From Octopus vulgaris (taxonomy: Eukaryota), in NCBI GenBank assembly GCA_951406725.2, contig OX597836.1, positions 34,782,001 to 34,846,000 of the forward strand: a DNA stretch of 64,000 nucleotides. Direction: 5' to 3'. This document shows, piece after piece, positions 12,135-26,259 of the stretch. How positions within the stretch are numbered: position 1 is the first letter of the stretch; the number at the start of each line of letters is the position of its first letter. The position numbers and the translations under genes are program-made. The notes beneath the pieces are model-generated. The model ran no database searches, was not told the origin of the DNA, and saw only the letters and a list, made by a program, of their open reading frames with translations.

Positions 12135-12949
12135 ACTTTAAATAAAGATGTTGGACTCCAGTGGATCAAAGCAACCAGATTGTCAACATTTCTGAGAAGC
12201 CTTCTATATTCTGAATATCGAATTGCTAAACTTCTGTCACAAGCACAAATCCTTGAGCTAAAGCACCCGAAGCATCAACTAATGATGGGTATTCGAGACC
12301 TTGTGTATCTTACAGAAGAACAGGAAGATAGTTATGAGGTTGAGAGAAAAACCTCTTTAGAATATTTAATGGAGGCTCTGCACATTTCAAAAGGTAGGAC
12401 TAAACTAGGAGATTTGGAAGACTGGTACAGAATACAAAAGTCTATGATATCAGACGACGTGTCATCTGATTCCATGCTTGTCATATCAAGAGAAATTTTC
12501 TCTGAATCCGTCATGAGTAAATATAGCAAGAGGGAAACTTCTAAAGGTGAAGAGGAATCTTCAAGTGTAGAAGATGATCATGAACAGGAAGCTGCCGCAG
12601 AGATCCCAGTTAAATGTGTAGTTTTCAAAGAAGTGTCTCCAATAATCTACTTGGAACCTTTTGAAGATCTACTTGAGACGTCATGTGAGGAATCTGAAGC
12701 GAGTTATTTGGATTCGATTCAGAGTTTAGACCAACTTGCTGCATTAGTGACAGTTGCAACTTTTAAAAGTGCTTTGGCTATGTTAGGTAGTAGTTCAGAA
12801 GAGAGGATTATGACGGATTTAGCTGCAGAACCTTGTTTGTCGAAACTGAACACCTTCCATTTTGGTGTTACAGTAGATAAGCTGAATAAAAAAGGGAAAT
12901 TTACTGTGCTGAAAGAGGAAACGGTCGATGGAAACAAATCTGGGAGCAA
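12135..12949 (+). CDS. RGS22: RGS22-like exon 5 (TLNKDVGLQWIKATRLSTFLRSLLYSEYRIAKLLSQ...GS)
   Basis: CAG acceptor, GTAAGT donor at 12950, 815 nt open frame. Matches recalled CLSREEGIKWIKKERLPAFLESDCYFEYRLAKLVSQ. Confidence 0.92.
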
Positions 12950-13042
12950 GTAAGTTGCTGCAAATTATTAATTCACCAATTTGTTGTTCACTTACCTTTA
13001 AATAGATATTACCTGTTGTAATTTTTTTATTTTTGTTTTTTA

Positions 13043-13352
13043 TGCACCCTTTAGAAGGCTAGCCAGGCTCATGGGCACGGTTTCCTGGTTTCTATGACAA
13101 TTATGTTCTCCCCAGCTGGATGGGATGCCAGTCCATCGCAGCATTACTCAAGAAAACAGAAGAAAGAATGAGAGAAAGTTGAGGTGAAAAAATACAACAG
13201 GGGTCACCACCACCACCCCCCCTGCCAGAGCCTCGTAGAGCTTTTAGGTGTTTTCGCTCAATAAACACACACAACACCCGGTCTGGGAATCGAAACCGCA
13301 ATCCTCCGACCGCGAGTCCACTGCCCTAACCACTGGGCCATTGCGCCTCCAC
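13043..13352 (-). mobile_element. SINE family B, tail type ii
   Basis: Family B head + GATGGACTGGC...GAGCCTGGCTAG tail. TSD CCTGTTGTAAT. Other copies at 32251-32553 (-), 53152-53437 and 53449-53752 (+). Confidence 0.88.
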
Positions 13353-14458
13353 TCCTGTTGTAATAGCAATCTGCACATCTTATTTAACATAGATATACAG
13401 TAAGAATGCCATAAATATTGCAGTATTTATTTTGAAAAGGTATCTTGTATAGACATAGAGTGCTTAAAAGTATAGAAAGATCAGTAGCAGACAAAAGGCT
13501 TCCAACTTCCAAATCTAGCAATTCCACCATCAATGGTGGAATTGCTAGATCTGGATTTCTGCATATTTGCAAATCATCAGTAGTAAGTATCCACTATTAA
13601 CTGCATGCATAGACAGATTTCACTTCAACTGATATTGTAATACAGTCGTTAACATGTGACTGGTACTGCAAATAGCTGGTGGGCTGGATTAAAAATTTTT
13701 TATTAACGATAGAGATAATGTTTGTTCTAGATAGCAATCTGTAAGTTTTGCTTAACCCTTTTCTTACACTGTTGTTGTCAAGATGCTCTGTGTTTCTTTC
13801 AATTAATTTTAAATATAATAAAGAATTCAGTAAAACAACTTAGTTATCATTAAGCTAGTGTTAGAAACATAAATTGTGACTAAGGAAGGAAGGGGTGATG
13901 TCATACTTGGTAGTGGGATGATGAAAATTGTATGCTGAAAAAAATAAATCAAACCGCGTTTCAACTCTTTGTGAATATATGTGTATATGTAAAAGGGAGG
14001 TGTATGTGTGTACGTGCGTGTGTGTATGTATGTGTCTGTGTTTGTGTGTGTGTGTGTGTGTGTGCATGTCTGCATCCAATGGATGTGCGATGGTTCATCT
14101 TTGTTCATTTAGTATTTGGGTTTATTTTTTGATTTGGTTGAATCTTGGTTGGGTTTTTTTTTTTTGTTGTTGGTCAGTCATTTTTAGCGTTTTGATAGAA
14201 AATAGTCATTCTAAAATTGCTTTTTAACGTAAGCATGCCCAAACAAGTCGAATGCTTACACAGAGCAGGTTTTACAGCCACATCATCCAAACCGATGGAT
14301 GAAACCGGGCTTAGCTGCTAATAGATCTCTAAGCTTAACCACAATAGTCATACATCTAATTGAGTACACAAAATTTATTATAAATACACACACGCACACA
14401 CACATGCATATATATAGCTAGATGGATATACTTACACACATGTTTTTTTTTCTTTCAG

Positions 14459-15271
14459 AGATGCAAGCCAGGAAGCGATCATACTACCTAACAACCTTGA
14501 AGAAGATATATCACCATCAGAGAATTTAGAAAAAGATGTAACGCCATCAAACAATCTGGAACACGATGTAACACCATCAAACAACGTTGAAACACCATCA
14601 AACAATCTGGAACACGATGTAACAACACCAAACAACGTTGAAATACCATCAAACAATCTGGAACACGATGTAACACCACCAAACAATGTTGAAACCCCAC
14701 CAAACAATGTTGAAGCACCATCAAGCAATATGGAACAAAATGTAGCACTATCAAACAATGTTGAAGCACCGTCAAACAATCTGGATCAAGATGTAACCCC
14801 ATCGAACAATGTTGAAGCAGCATCAAACAATCTGGAACAAGATGTAACACCATCAGGCAATATGGAAGAAAATGCAAAACCATCAGACAATGTTGAAGAA
14901 AATGTGTTACCGAAAGATGAGGAAGCTGATGGGACTTCATCATATAGTCTTGAAAGAGCTAGAACAGAGCCAAATATTCATGTAAAGCAACCATGCAAGA
15001 GAAATAGTCTCCCTCTTGATGTGGAATCATCAGAAGTTCTTGGAACTATTTACACAATTGAAGAAGATCTCTCATGGCCAGACTTGATTCCCGAAGAGCG
15101 GGAATCCGAAATGACGAGCAATGAACCATTGGATACCTACACTATGGAAACCCATCAAGATTTCAGTAACTTCTACGACTTTTTGAAAGGAACTACGGGT
15201 GAGAAATACTGGCAACTTTGGGTCAATATTGATAGAATAAAATTGGTGAAAACTGACATTCAAAAGCAAAT
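14459..15271 (+). CDS. RGS22: RGS22-like exon 6 (PSNN repeats; FSNFYDFLKGTTGEKYWQLWVNIDRIK)
   Basis: T-rich CAG acceptor, GTAAAT donor, phase 2/2 fits both neighbours. C-terminal part matches recalled FERFKKFIKGTLGERYWWLWMDIERLK. Confidence 0.92.
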
Positions 15272-15430
15272 GTAAATATTGTTTCCGAATATTTTAAGCT
15301 AGATATACTCATTTTTTTTGTTTGTTTTTTTGGGTTTTTTTGTGGAGGCGCATGGCTTAGTGGTTAGGGTGTTGCATTCATGATCGTGAAATTGTGGTTC
15401 CAATCCCTGGACTGGGCAATCGGTTGTGTT

Positions 15431-16224
15431 CTGGCAGAAACGTTAGCACGCCGGGCGAAATGCTTAGCGGTATTTCGTTTGCTGTTACATTGTGAGTTCA
15501 AATTCCGCCAAGGTCGACTTTGCCTTTCATCCTTTCGGGGTCGATAAATTAAGTACCAGTTACGCACTGGGGTCGATGTAATCGACTTAATACCTATGTC
15601 TGTCCTTGTTTGTCCTCTCTATGTTTAGCCCCTTGTAGGCAATAAAGAAATAAGAAACGTTAGCACGCCGGGCAAAATGCTTAGCGGTATTTCGTCTGCG
15701 TTACGTTGTGAGTTCAAATTCCGCCAAGGTCAACTTTGCCTTTCATCCTTTCGGGGTCGATAAATTAAGTACCAGTTACGCACTGGGGTCGATGTAATCG
15801 ACTTAATACCTATGTCTGTCCTTGTTTGTCCCTTCTGTGTTTAGCCCCTTGTGGGTAGTAAAGAAATAGGTATTTCGTCTGCGTTACATTGTGAGTTCAA
15901 ATTCCGCCGAGGTCAACTTTGCCTTTCATCCTTTCGGGGTCGATAAATTAAGTACCAGTTACGCACTGGGGTCGATGTAATCGACTTAATACCTATGTCT
16001 GTCCTTGTTTGTCCCCTCTATGTTTAGCCCCTTGTGGGTAGTAAAGAAATTGGTATTTTGTCTGAGTTCAAATTCCGCCGAGGTCGACTTTGCCTTTCAT
16101 CCTTTCGGGGTCGATAAATTAAGTACCAGTTACGCACTGGGGTCGATGTAATCGACTTAATACCTATGTCTGTCCTTGTTTGTCCCCTTTGTGTTTAGCG
16201 TCTTGTGGGTAATAAAGAAATAGG
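15431..16224 (+). mobile_element. SINE family C, tandem tetramer
   Basis: Four units containing GAGTTCAAATTCCGCC...GCCTTTCATCCTTTCGGGGTCGATAAATTAAGTACCAG, nested inside another tRNA-head repeat. Confidence 0.9.
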
Positions 16225-17027
16225 TTGTGTTCTTGTGCAAAATACTTCACTGCATATTGCTCCAGTCCACTCAGCTGTAGAAATGGGCATCACTAGTGGA
16301 GGCATGTGACTTAGTCGACTCATAATCATGAGATTGTGGTTTCTCTCCTTGGACCGGGCGACGCGTTGTGTTCTTGAGCAAAACACTTCATTTTAAGTTG
16401 CTCCAGTCCACTCAGCTGTAGAAATGAGTTTATCCTGGAGAGGGAGGGGCTCAACCAGGCCTTCTCACCTTAGACATGTTGCTTGACTGCAGTGCCCCAA
16501 CAATCCCCAAGGAGTTAAGAAACTTGTCAAATATCCATATTTTTAAAGAAATTTATGGCATACCTACATAAGCGTGCTCCCCACCACTCCAAATATTTTC
16601 TGTATATTTATCCGAAAAACAGGTCATTTTAACGAAAATTTCTACAGATACCTTTCAGATGGTGTAGCTTATAAATATATTGAAATTTAATGTGGGAAAA
16701 TAAAACATACATACGGACAAACATCATATATATATGACTGAAATAATAATAATGAGTAATGAAAATAATTACCCACATTCATAAACACATCGAAACCCCA
16801 GCTCCTAGGGAGCTAAGAATGAAATAAACATAAATGGTTGTGTGATAAGAATCACTTGATTCCAGGTTCCCAACCACATGGTTCCAGGTTAAATCCCACT
16901 GCATGACACCTTGGGCAAGTTCCTTCTATTATAGCCTCAGCATTCCCAAAGCCTTGTGAGTGGATTTGATTGAATGGAAACTGAAAGAAGTTCATCGTGT
17001 GTGTGTGTAGGGGGGGGTGTATGTATG

Positions 17028-17075
<48 letters not shown>

Positions 17076-17228
17076 CATGCTTTTGTGTTTGTGTTTGTTT
17101 CCCATATTCACTTGACGACTGGTGTTGATGTGTTTATGTTCCCATGACTTAGCAGTCCAGCAAAAGAGACCAATACAATAAATATCAGGCTTAAAAAAAT
17201 AATTAAATACTGGAGCCAATTCATATTT

Positions 17229-17455
17229 CTTTACTGCCCATAAGGGGCTAAACATGGAGGGGACAAACAAGGACAGACAAAGAGATTAAGTCGATTAGAT
17301 CGACACCAGTGCGTAACTGGTACTTAATTTATCGACCCCGAAAGGATGAAAGGCAAAGTCGATCTCGGCAGTATTTGAACTCAGAACGTAACGGCAGACA
17401 AAATACTGCTAAGCATTTCGTCCGACACGCTAACGTTTCTGCCAGCTCGCTGCCT
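17229..17455 (-). mobile_element. SINE family C monomer
   Basis: Reverse complement of the family C unit including its 5' head. Confidence 0.88.
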
Positions 17456-18077
17456 TTTAACTGGGGCCAATTTATCTGACTAAAATTATTCAAGATGGTA
17501 ACTAGAACAAGTGAAAGAAGAAAAAGAAGTACTTGTATCTACAACATAGATTTAAAATTTTGTTAAAAAAAAAACTATAGTCATGGCTAAAAGTTTTGAA
17601 CATAGGTCTGAAAATTAGAATTTTTATATTAAGTAGCTTGCTTACCAACCACATGGTTCCGGGTTCAGTCCCACTACGTGGCACCTTGGGCAAGTGTCTT
17701 CTACTATAGCTTCGAGGCGATCAAGGCTTTGTTAGTGGATTTGGTAGACGGAAACTGAAAGAAGCCCGTCGTACATATGTATATGTATATATATATATAT
17801 ATAATAATGATATTAGGGAATAAATCCAAACTTACAGGGAAAAATTAGATTTAGGATTAAATCCAATTTTATAGTATAAATATATTATATTATATTATAT
17901 TAAATTAGAGATAAAACCACTATTAGGCAAATCAAACAGTGAAAAGCATAAGCCAATACATAAAATTAATTTAAAAATATATAAGTAAAAATAAAAAAAT
18001 TATTTAAATAATTAAACTTATAAATTTTATATATATATATACAAATATATATATATATGTATGTATGTATATTTTTA

Positions 18078-18148
<71 letters not shown>

Positions 18149-18551
18149 TGTTTGTGTGTCTGTGTTTGTTCTCCCCAACATCGCTTGACAACCGATGCTA
18201 GTGTGTTTACGTCCCCGTAACTTGGCAGTTCGGCAAAAGAGACTGATAAAATAAGTGCTAGGCTTATAAAGAATAAGTCCTGGGGTTGATTTGCTCGACT
18301 ATAGACAGCGCTCCAGCATGGCCGCATTCAAATGACTGAAACAAGTAAAAGAGTAAATGCCCAAAATTATATTTAATTTGCAATATATTATTATTTAGCC
18401 AAAAGTTTGGAACAGAATTTGTTTTATTAAAAGCCCAAATATATACATTGTGTATATTTGAATCAAATTGTGCTAGGGCTAAACAATTTTAATTTAAAAA
18501 ACAAAGGTTCCTAACTTTTGGCCACAATTGTATGTAGTATGTGTCAGTGTA

Positions 18552-18866
18552 TGGAGGCACAATGGTCCAATGGTTAGGGCAGTGGACTCGCGGTCGGAGG
18601 ATCATGGTTTCGATTCCCAGACCGAGCGTTGTGAGTGTTAATTGAGCGAAAACACCTAGAAGCTCCACGAGGCTCTGGCAGGGGGCTGGTGGCGATCCCT
18701 GCTGTACTCTTTCGCCACAACGTTTTCTCGCTCTTTCTTCTGTTGACCTGCTCACTTAGCCAGCGGGGTGGCGTCATTCGAAGGCTAAAACAATGTGAAG
18801 CGCATTGTGACCAGTGATGTGTAACAACATCCGATAGCTTGGTCGGTCACGGTGATCACGGTGATG
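18552..18866 (+). mobile_element. SINE family B, tail type iii
   Basis: Family B head + GCCAGCGGGGTGGCGTCATT...GGTCGGTCACGGTG tail. Second copy at 54996-55298 (-). Confidence 0.88.
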
Positions 18867-19993
18867 TGTCAGTGTAAATATGTGCAGCAAACTCTGTGGA
18901 AAAAACCTTCATGGTTCAACAGAGAGAACAAGTAATTGCAGCAAAGCATTGCAGAGTGCATAGAGTGCAATGAGGCAAGTAAGACACTTTGGACATCCAC
19001 TGCATCCCCAATTGTCTTGACTGATCTTTCTTCTGGACTGGAGACAGTCACAGTGAAGAGAGAGTGACCGTCTTCTGTTTAAAAAAAGTTACCACACAAG
19101 TCATCAGTCATTCTTAAGAATGACTAGATCAGTGGTTCTCAACCAGAGACCATATGTCTCTGAGGGTCCATATAAAATTTTGGTGGGATTCACCCATCTA
19201 AATAAGTAAATTAGGGATCCACAATAGTATTTTATGGGCATCTGAAAATATTTTACTTTACATTTATAGGCACAGGAGTGGCTGTGTGGTAAATAGCTTG
19301 CTTATCAACTACACGGCTCTGGGTTCAGTCCCACTGCATGTCACCTTGGGCAAGTGTCTTCTACTATAGCCTTGGGCCAACCAAAGCCTTGTGAGTGGAT
19401 TTGGTAGACGGAAACTGAAAGAAGCGCATCGTATATATGTATATGTATAAGCACCCACTACACTCACAGAGTGGTTGGCGTTAAGAAGGGCATCCAGCTG
19501 TAGAAACACTGCCAGATCAGACTGGGGCCTGGTTCATGCTAGCATGAAAAACGGATGTTAAACGATGATGATGATGATGATGATGTGTGTGTTGTATATG
19601 TTTGTGTGTCTGTGTTTGTCTCTCCAACATCGCTTGACAAACCGATGGTGGTGTGTTTACGTCCCCTGTAACTTAGCAGTTCGGCAAAATAGGCCGATAG
19701 AATAAGTACTAGGCTTACAAAGAGTAAGACCTGGGGTCGATTTGCTCGACTAAAGGCAGTGCTCCAGCTTGGCCACAGTAAAAAAACTGAAACAAGTAAA
19801 TGAGTAACTAAATGAGAGTATGTACTGGCATTGCAGGAAACGGCTGGGTTTCTTTCTCTAACATTTTACATAGTTCAACCGACACAAACAAATGTATGAG
19901 AAGCAAATTAAGAATTTTGAAAGAAGTGTCTAGAAAACTAGGTTTAAGCATTGAATGGCTATGGTGGGGGTCTACCAGAATAAAATAATAAAC

Positions 19994-20157
19994 AGGCGCA
20001 GGAGTGGCTGTGTGGTAAATAGCTTGTTTACCAACTACATGGTTCCGGGTTCAGTCCCACTGCATGGCACCTTGGGCAAGTGTCTTCTACTATAGCCTCG
20101 AACTGTCTAAAACCTTGTGAGTGGATCTGGTAGACGGAAACTGAAAGAACCCCGTCG

Positions 20158-20196
<39 letters not shown>

Positions 20197-20422
20197 GTGT
20201 ATATGTTTATGTGTCTGTGTTTGTACCCCCCAACATCGCTTGACAACCGATGCTGGTGTGTTTACATCCCTGTAACCTAGCGGTTCGGCAAAAGAGACCG
20301 ATAGAATAAGTACTAGGCTTACAAAGAATAAGTTCTGGGGGTCGATTTGCTCGACTAAAAGCAGTGCTCCAGCATGGCCACAGTCAAATGACTGAAACAA
20401 GTAAAAGAATAAAAGAGTAAAA
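19994..20422 (+). mobile_element. SINE family A, full length
   Basis: Complete copy in + orientation. Others at 19268-19820 (with nested RTE tail), 22381-22725 and 54576-54943. Confidence 0.9.
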
Positions 20423-20544
20423 GGGATCCATAGATAAAAGATGGTGCAAAACCCCTGGATGTGATGGTCCTTGTCACTCTGATCAATGATCATGTGGTGC
20501 ACACCATGTCTTCCTTTCCTGTTTTTACATTAAATTTTGATATA

Positions 20545-21212
20545 AATGAAAGGGTTTTGTGGAAAATTTCATTGAAACATACACATGTTTCGGAAAGTCT
20601 ATGAGGAAACAAAATTCAACTCGTGAATTATCCAAAATTCCTCTCACCTCTCCCAAAATATTTTTCACAACAAATTCCAGTATACTCATAATCTACACCA
20701 TTTGAGAGGTATGTAGAAAATTTCATTAAAAATATCAATTTTCTGAAAGTTATGAGGAAACAAAGTCAACTCGTATGAATTATCTGAAACTCCTCTTACA
20801 ACTCCCAAAAATATTTTTTTAAAGCAAATTCCAATATAATCAGAATGTTGAAGGGTATTTGTAGATGAATTCATCAAAAATATTGATTTTCTGACAGTTA
20901 TGAGGAAACAAAGTCAACTCGTATGAATTATATGAAACTTCTCTGACCACTCCCAAAAATATTTTTTCAAAACAAATTCCAATATAATCAGAATATTGAA
21001 GGGTATTTGTAGAAAAATTCATTAAAAAATATCAATTTTCTGAAAGTTATGAGGAAACAAAGTCAATTCGTATGAATTATCTGAAACTTCTCTGACCACT
21101 CCCAAAAATATTTTTTCAGAATAAATTCCAATATAATCAGAATGTTGAAGGGTATTTGTAGAAAAATTCATTAAAAAATATCAATTTTCTGAAAGTTATG
21201 AGGAAACAAAAA
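20545..21212. repeat. Tandem repeat of about 149 bp, about 4.5 units
   Basis: ATGAGGAAACAAA recurs near 20601, 20752, 20900, 21049 and 21198. Confidence 0.9.
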
Positions 21213-21795
21213 CATAGGAGAAGGCACACTTGTGTAGATATGCCAAAATTTATATCATGAGGTGAACATTATGTCGATAGTTAAAGATTTCCATTAAGTC
21301 AAACATTAATTCACAATATTACTCTGTAAAGTAAAATACTAGACTTGTTATTTTTATTCGAAAGTACTAGTTTATTTTTACTTCAGCCAATGTTTACATC
21401 CTTTGTAAATATATATGTTTTAATTGGCACTCTGTCAGTTATGAGGGTTCCAGCCAATCTGATCAATGAAACAGCTTACTTGTAAAATAATCATTCAAGA
21501 AGCTTAGCGCTCCACAGACATGTGTAACCTTAACGTACTTCTCAAGGGGGTTCAGCGTGAAATACTCCTATGACAGGCGGCAAGCTGGCAGCAACGTTAG
21601 CATGCCGGGTGAAATGCTTAGCGGTATTTTGTGGTTAGGGTGTCAGCATCATGATCGTAAGATTGTGGTTTCGATTCCTGGACCGGGCAACTCGTTGTTT
21701 TCTTGAGCAAAACATTTCATTTCACGTTGCTCCAGTACATACAGCTAGCAAAAATGAGTAACGCTGCGATGGACTGGCGTCCCGTCCATCTAGGA

Positions 21796-22212
21796 AGGCG
21801 GTGAGCTGGCAGAAACGTTAGCATGCCGGGCGAAATGTGTAGCTGTATTTCGTCTGCCGCTATGTTCTGAGTTCAAACTCTGCCAAGGTCGACTTGCCTT
21901 TCATCCTTTCGGGGTCAATAAATTAAGTACCAGTCATGCACTGGGGTCGGTGTAATCAACTTAGTCCCTTTGTCTGTTCTTGTTTGTCCTTTCTATGTTT
22001 AGCCCCTTGTGGGTAGTAAAGAAATAGGTATTTCGCCTGCCTCTACGTTCTGAGTTCAAATTCCAACGAGGTCGACTTTGCCTTTCATCCTTTCGGGGTC
22101 GATAAATTAAGTACCAGTTACGCACTGGGGTCGATATAATCGACTTAATCCGTTTATCTGTCCTTGTTTGACCTTTCTATGTTTAGCCCCTTGTGGGCAA
22201 TAAAGAAATAAG
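21796..22212 (+). mobile_element. SINE family C dimer
   Basis: Head unit + 183 bp second unit joined at GAAATAGGTATTTCG. Confidence 0.88.
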
Positions 22213-22550
22213 AATGTGGCAAGCTGTCCCTTTGAATTGCAAGTATAACTTGTTTTTGCTGGCTGAGTCGACTAAAGCAACATGAAATAAAGTGTCTTGC
22301 TCAAGAACACAATGTATCACCAGGAAAATCCAAACCACCAGGACATGCACCTTCACAATGAAATAATGATTAAAAACTATAGGCGCAGGAGTGGCTGTGT
22401 GGTAAGTAGCTTGCTTACCAACCACATGGTTCCGGGTTCAGTCCCACTGTGTGGCACCTTGGGCATGTGTCTTCTACTATAGCCTCAGGACGACCAAAGC
22501 CTTGTGAGTGGATTTGGTAGACAGAAACTGGATGAAGCCCATCGTATTTG

Positions 22551-22618
<68 letters not shown>

Positions 22619-22944
22619 TATATGTTTGTGTGTCTGTGTTTGTCCCCCCAACATCGCTTGACAACTGATGCTGGTGTGTTTACGTCCCCGAAACTTAGCG
22701 GTTCGGCAAAAGAGACCGATAGAATATGGGTTACTCAACCAGAAGAAAACTCTAACTGGGCTCCACCTGCAAGGTCATGCACTGTTTATCTTGATATGAG
22801 ATCACCATGTCACGCACATAAGGTTGGTTGTGATGCATGTACCTGGTGTACCCTTATCAGACGGGTAGTCATGATGGGTATACTGGGCTTTCGTATATTT
22901 TACCCCAGTGTCACTTTGATGGCATGCACTGCTCTCTCACTGAA

Positions 22945-22965
22945 CAATAATAATAAAAATAATAA

Positions 22966-23002
<37 letters not shown>

Positions 23003-23069
23003 GATAATAATAATGATAATAATAATAATAATAATAATGTTAATAATGATAATAATAATAATAATAATG

Positions 23070-23103
<34 letters not shown>

Positions 23104-23170
23104 TAATAATAATAATAATAATAATAATAGCAATAATAATAATAACAATAATAATAATAACAATAATAAT

Positions 23171-23203
<33 letters not shown>

Positions 23204-23240
23204 AATAATAATAATAATAATAATGATAATAATAATAATA
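22945..23240. repeat. (AAT)n/(AAC)n microsatellite, probably the tail of the retroelement fragment at 22730-22944
   Basis: About 300 bp of trinucleotide repeat. Confidence 0.9.
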
Positions 23241-24673
23241 TTTTTTATAAGCTTAAAGCTTATGAAACTAATAATAGCACATAAAAACATATATTGTGTT
23301 TATTATATAATACATTCTCACACACACACACAAACACACGCACACTCGCATATGCATTCATATATAATATATATATAATTCTTTTTTTTTGGAATAATGG
23401 ATCTAAAGCACATTACATACAACTGTAACATTGAACTTCAATTACATCTAATAATAGTCATTTTCTGATACATTTATATGTCACATCCAGAAGCTATTTC
23501 TCTTGCTCATTTTTGAGCATGTGATGCAAAATTCCATCATTTTTTTAAAGAAGGCAACATGCACACATGAATGAGCTATCACATGGCATCTGAATAATCC
23601 ATAAATGTGAAATTGTGCAGGGAAACATGGCATAAATAATTTATCATATCACTTAGCATATAAATATCAGCTCTTCGACGTTATTGACATCTACCAGTGC
23701 TTTCGTCTATGTTATCTCACGCAGATAAATACATGCATATATGTATATTGTATTAAATATGCATGTGTGTGTGAGAGAGAGAGAGAGAGAGAGTGCACAT
23801 GCATGCACATGTGTGTGTGTGTGTGTGTATGCGTGTGTATAAACTATGAATTTAGAGAAAAGAAAAGATGAAGAAGGGTGAGGGAACAACAAGCAGGTGT
23901 ATTAGTCTGATGCTTGGAAAGAATGGAAAAGGTTTTGACATTTCAAGCCTATGCTCTTCGACAGGAAAGGTTGAGAGGGGAAAAATTTAGAGAGAACAAA
24001 AAGGGCGGAGAAAAATAATGTATGTTAAATCAAAGAATGTATATATATATATTGTAATCTTTTGTGCCTAATATTTTAATGAATTTTTAATTTTTTAATA
24101 TTTTCCCAAGATTTTTCCTTGTAAACTGTTTTTAACATGTTCTTATTATTAAGTGGTTAGGGCAGCGGACTCGCAGTCGTAGGATCGCCGTTTCAATTCC
24201 CAGACCGGGCATTGTGAGTGTTTATTGAGCGAAAACACCTAAAGCTTCACGAGGCTCCTGCAGAGGGGGTGGTGAACCCTGCTGTACTCTTTCTCCACAA
24301 CTTTCTCTCACTCTTTCTTCCTGTTTCTGTTGTACCTGTATTTCAAAGGGCCAGCCTTGTCACACTCTGTATCACGCTGAATCTCCTCGAGAACTACGTT
24401 AAGGGTACACGTGTCTGTGGAGTGCTCAGCCACTTGCACGTTAACTCCACGAGCAAGCTGTTCCGTTGATCGTATCAGCTGGGACCCTCATTGTCGTAAC
24501 CGACAGAGTGCTCCTATTATTATCAAAGAATGTATATATGCATTGTAATATTTTGTGACAACCGGTACCTAACACAACAAAGCTTTTACATGTTACTTTT
24601 GACAATCTTTTTCTAAAAAAGTGAAACCAGTCAAGTGAATAAACATCTTTTAAAATTGCCTTTTCAAACCTTC

Positions 24674-24717
<44 letters not shown>

Positions 24718-24922
24718 AAATAAGCAACGAGGATATTCAGAGGTAATGCCGTATGATCGTTTCATGTGACTCCATTTAATTGAACGATCGTACTGCATTA
24801 CCTCTGGGTATCCTTGTTGCTTATTTTGATTTTAATCACCTTATTTTGAAATTGTATGGATAATACTGTACTAAATTCTGGCGCCTCAACTTAGATACCA
24901 TATTCATCTGAATCTAAATTTC

Positions 24923-24968
<46 letters not shown>

Positions 24969-25238
24969 ATATTAGGGAGTATAACTCCAAACTTACAAGG
25001 AAAAATTCAATTTAGTATTAAATCAAATTTCACAATATAAATATATAATATATATATTATAGAAAAAAAACCACTATTATGCAATTCAAGCAATGATAGA
25101 CACAAACCAAATCATAAATAAAAAACAAAATATATCTTTATAAAACATATAACTAGATCACAAAAAGTACAAAAATGAATAATCAATATATAATAAGTAA
25201 AAAAAACTTATATACATATATATATATGTATAATACTT

Positions 25239-25279
<41 letters not shown>

Positions 25280-25436
25280 TATATATGTATATATATATAT
25301 ATACATATATATATATAATATATATATAATACAAATAAGAAAATGGAGAAACAAATTTAGTTTGTTCATCAACTTTCGTATATTATAATGTTGGATTATT
25401 TATTCATACATATATGTGTGTGTGTGTGTGTATGCA

Positions 25437-25471
<35 letters not shown>

Positions 25472-25569
25472 ACGCACGCATGCATGTGTGTGTGTGCATG
25501 TGCATGTATGTGTGTGTGCATGTGTGTGTGTGCGTGTGCATTTGTGTATGTGTGTACATACATACATAA

Positions 25570-25599
<30 letters not shown>

Positions 25600-25602
<3 letters not shown>

Positions 25603-26020
25603 CGCAGGAGTGGCTGTGTGGTAAGTAGCTTGCTAACCAACCACATGGTTCCGGGTTCAGTCCCACTGCGTGGCATCTTGGGCAAGTGTCTTCTGCTATA
25701 GCCCCGGGCTGACCAATGCCTTGTGAGTGGATTTGGTAGACGGAAACTGAAAGAAGCCTGTTGTATATATGTATATATATATATGTATGTGTGTGTTTGT
25801 GTGTCTCTGTTTGTCCCCCTAGCATTGCTTGACAACCGATGCTGGTGTGTTTACATCCCCGTCACTTAGCGGTTCGGCAAAAGGTACCGATAGAATAAGT
25901 ACTGGGCTTACAAAGAATAAGTCCCGGGGTCGATTTGCTCGACTAAAAGGTGGTGCTCCAGTATGGCCGCAGTCAAATGACTGAAACAAGTAAAAGAGTA
26001 AAAGAGTAAAGAGTAAAGAG
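25600..26020 (+). mobile_element. SINE family A, full length, just upstream of exon 7
   Basis: Complete head, (TA)/(TG) spacer and (TAAAAGAG)n tail. Confidence 0.9.
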
Positions 26021-26060
26021 TATATATATATATATATATATATAAGGCTTCTTTTTCCAG

Positions 26061-26222
26061 GCTGATTGTGAAGATCAATGAAAATTTTGCTAAAATATCG
26101 GAAAAGTCATCATTCCAAAGGAAGATTAGACGGATGTTTAAAAAATTAGACCTAAATAATTGTTCAGAAGAGGAAATCAAGGACCTGCAAGCTTTACTAT
26201 TGCAGCCACTGATGTTATACTG
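26061..26222 (+). CDS. RGS22: RGS22-like exon 7 (LIVKINENF...EEEIKDLQALLLQPLMLYW)
   Basis: TTTTTCCAG acceptor, GTGACT donor, 162 nt, phase 2/2. Matches recalled NEEHLRNIQSEVLKPLLLYW. Confidence 0.88.
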
Positions 26223-26259
26223 GTGACTATCTAATAACTTACCTATCTTTTTTACTCTA

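Noticed and set aside
14432-14943. Two antisense ORFs (115 and 151 aa)
   Set aside because: Shadows of the in-frame coding minisatellite of exon 6.
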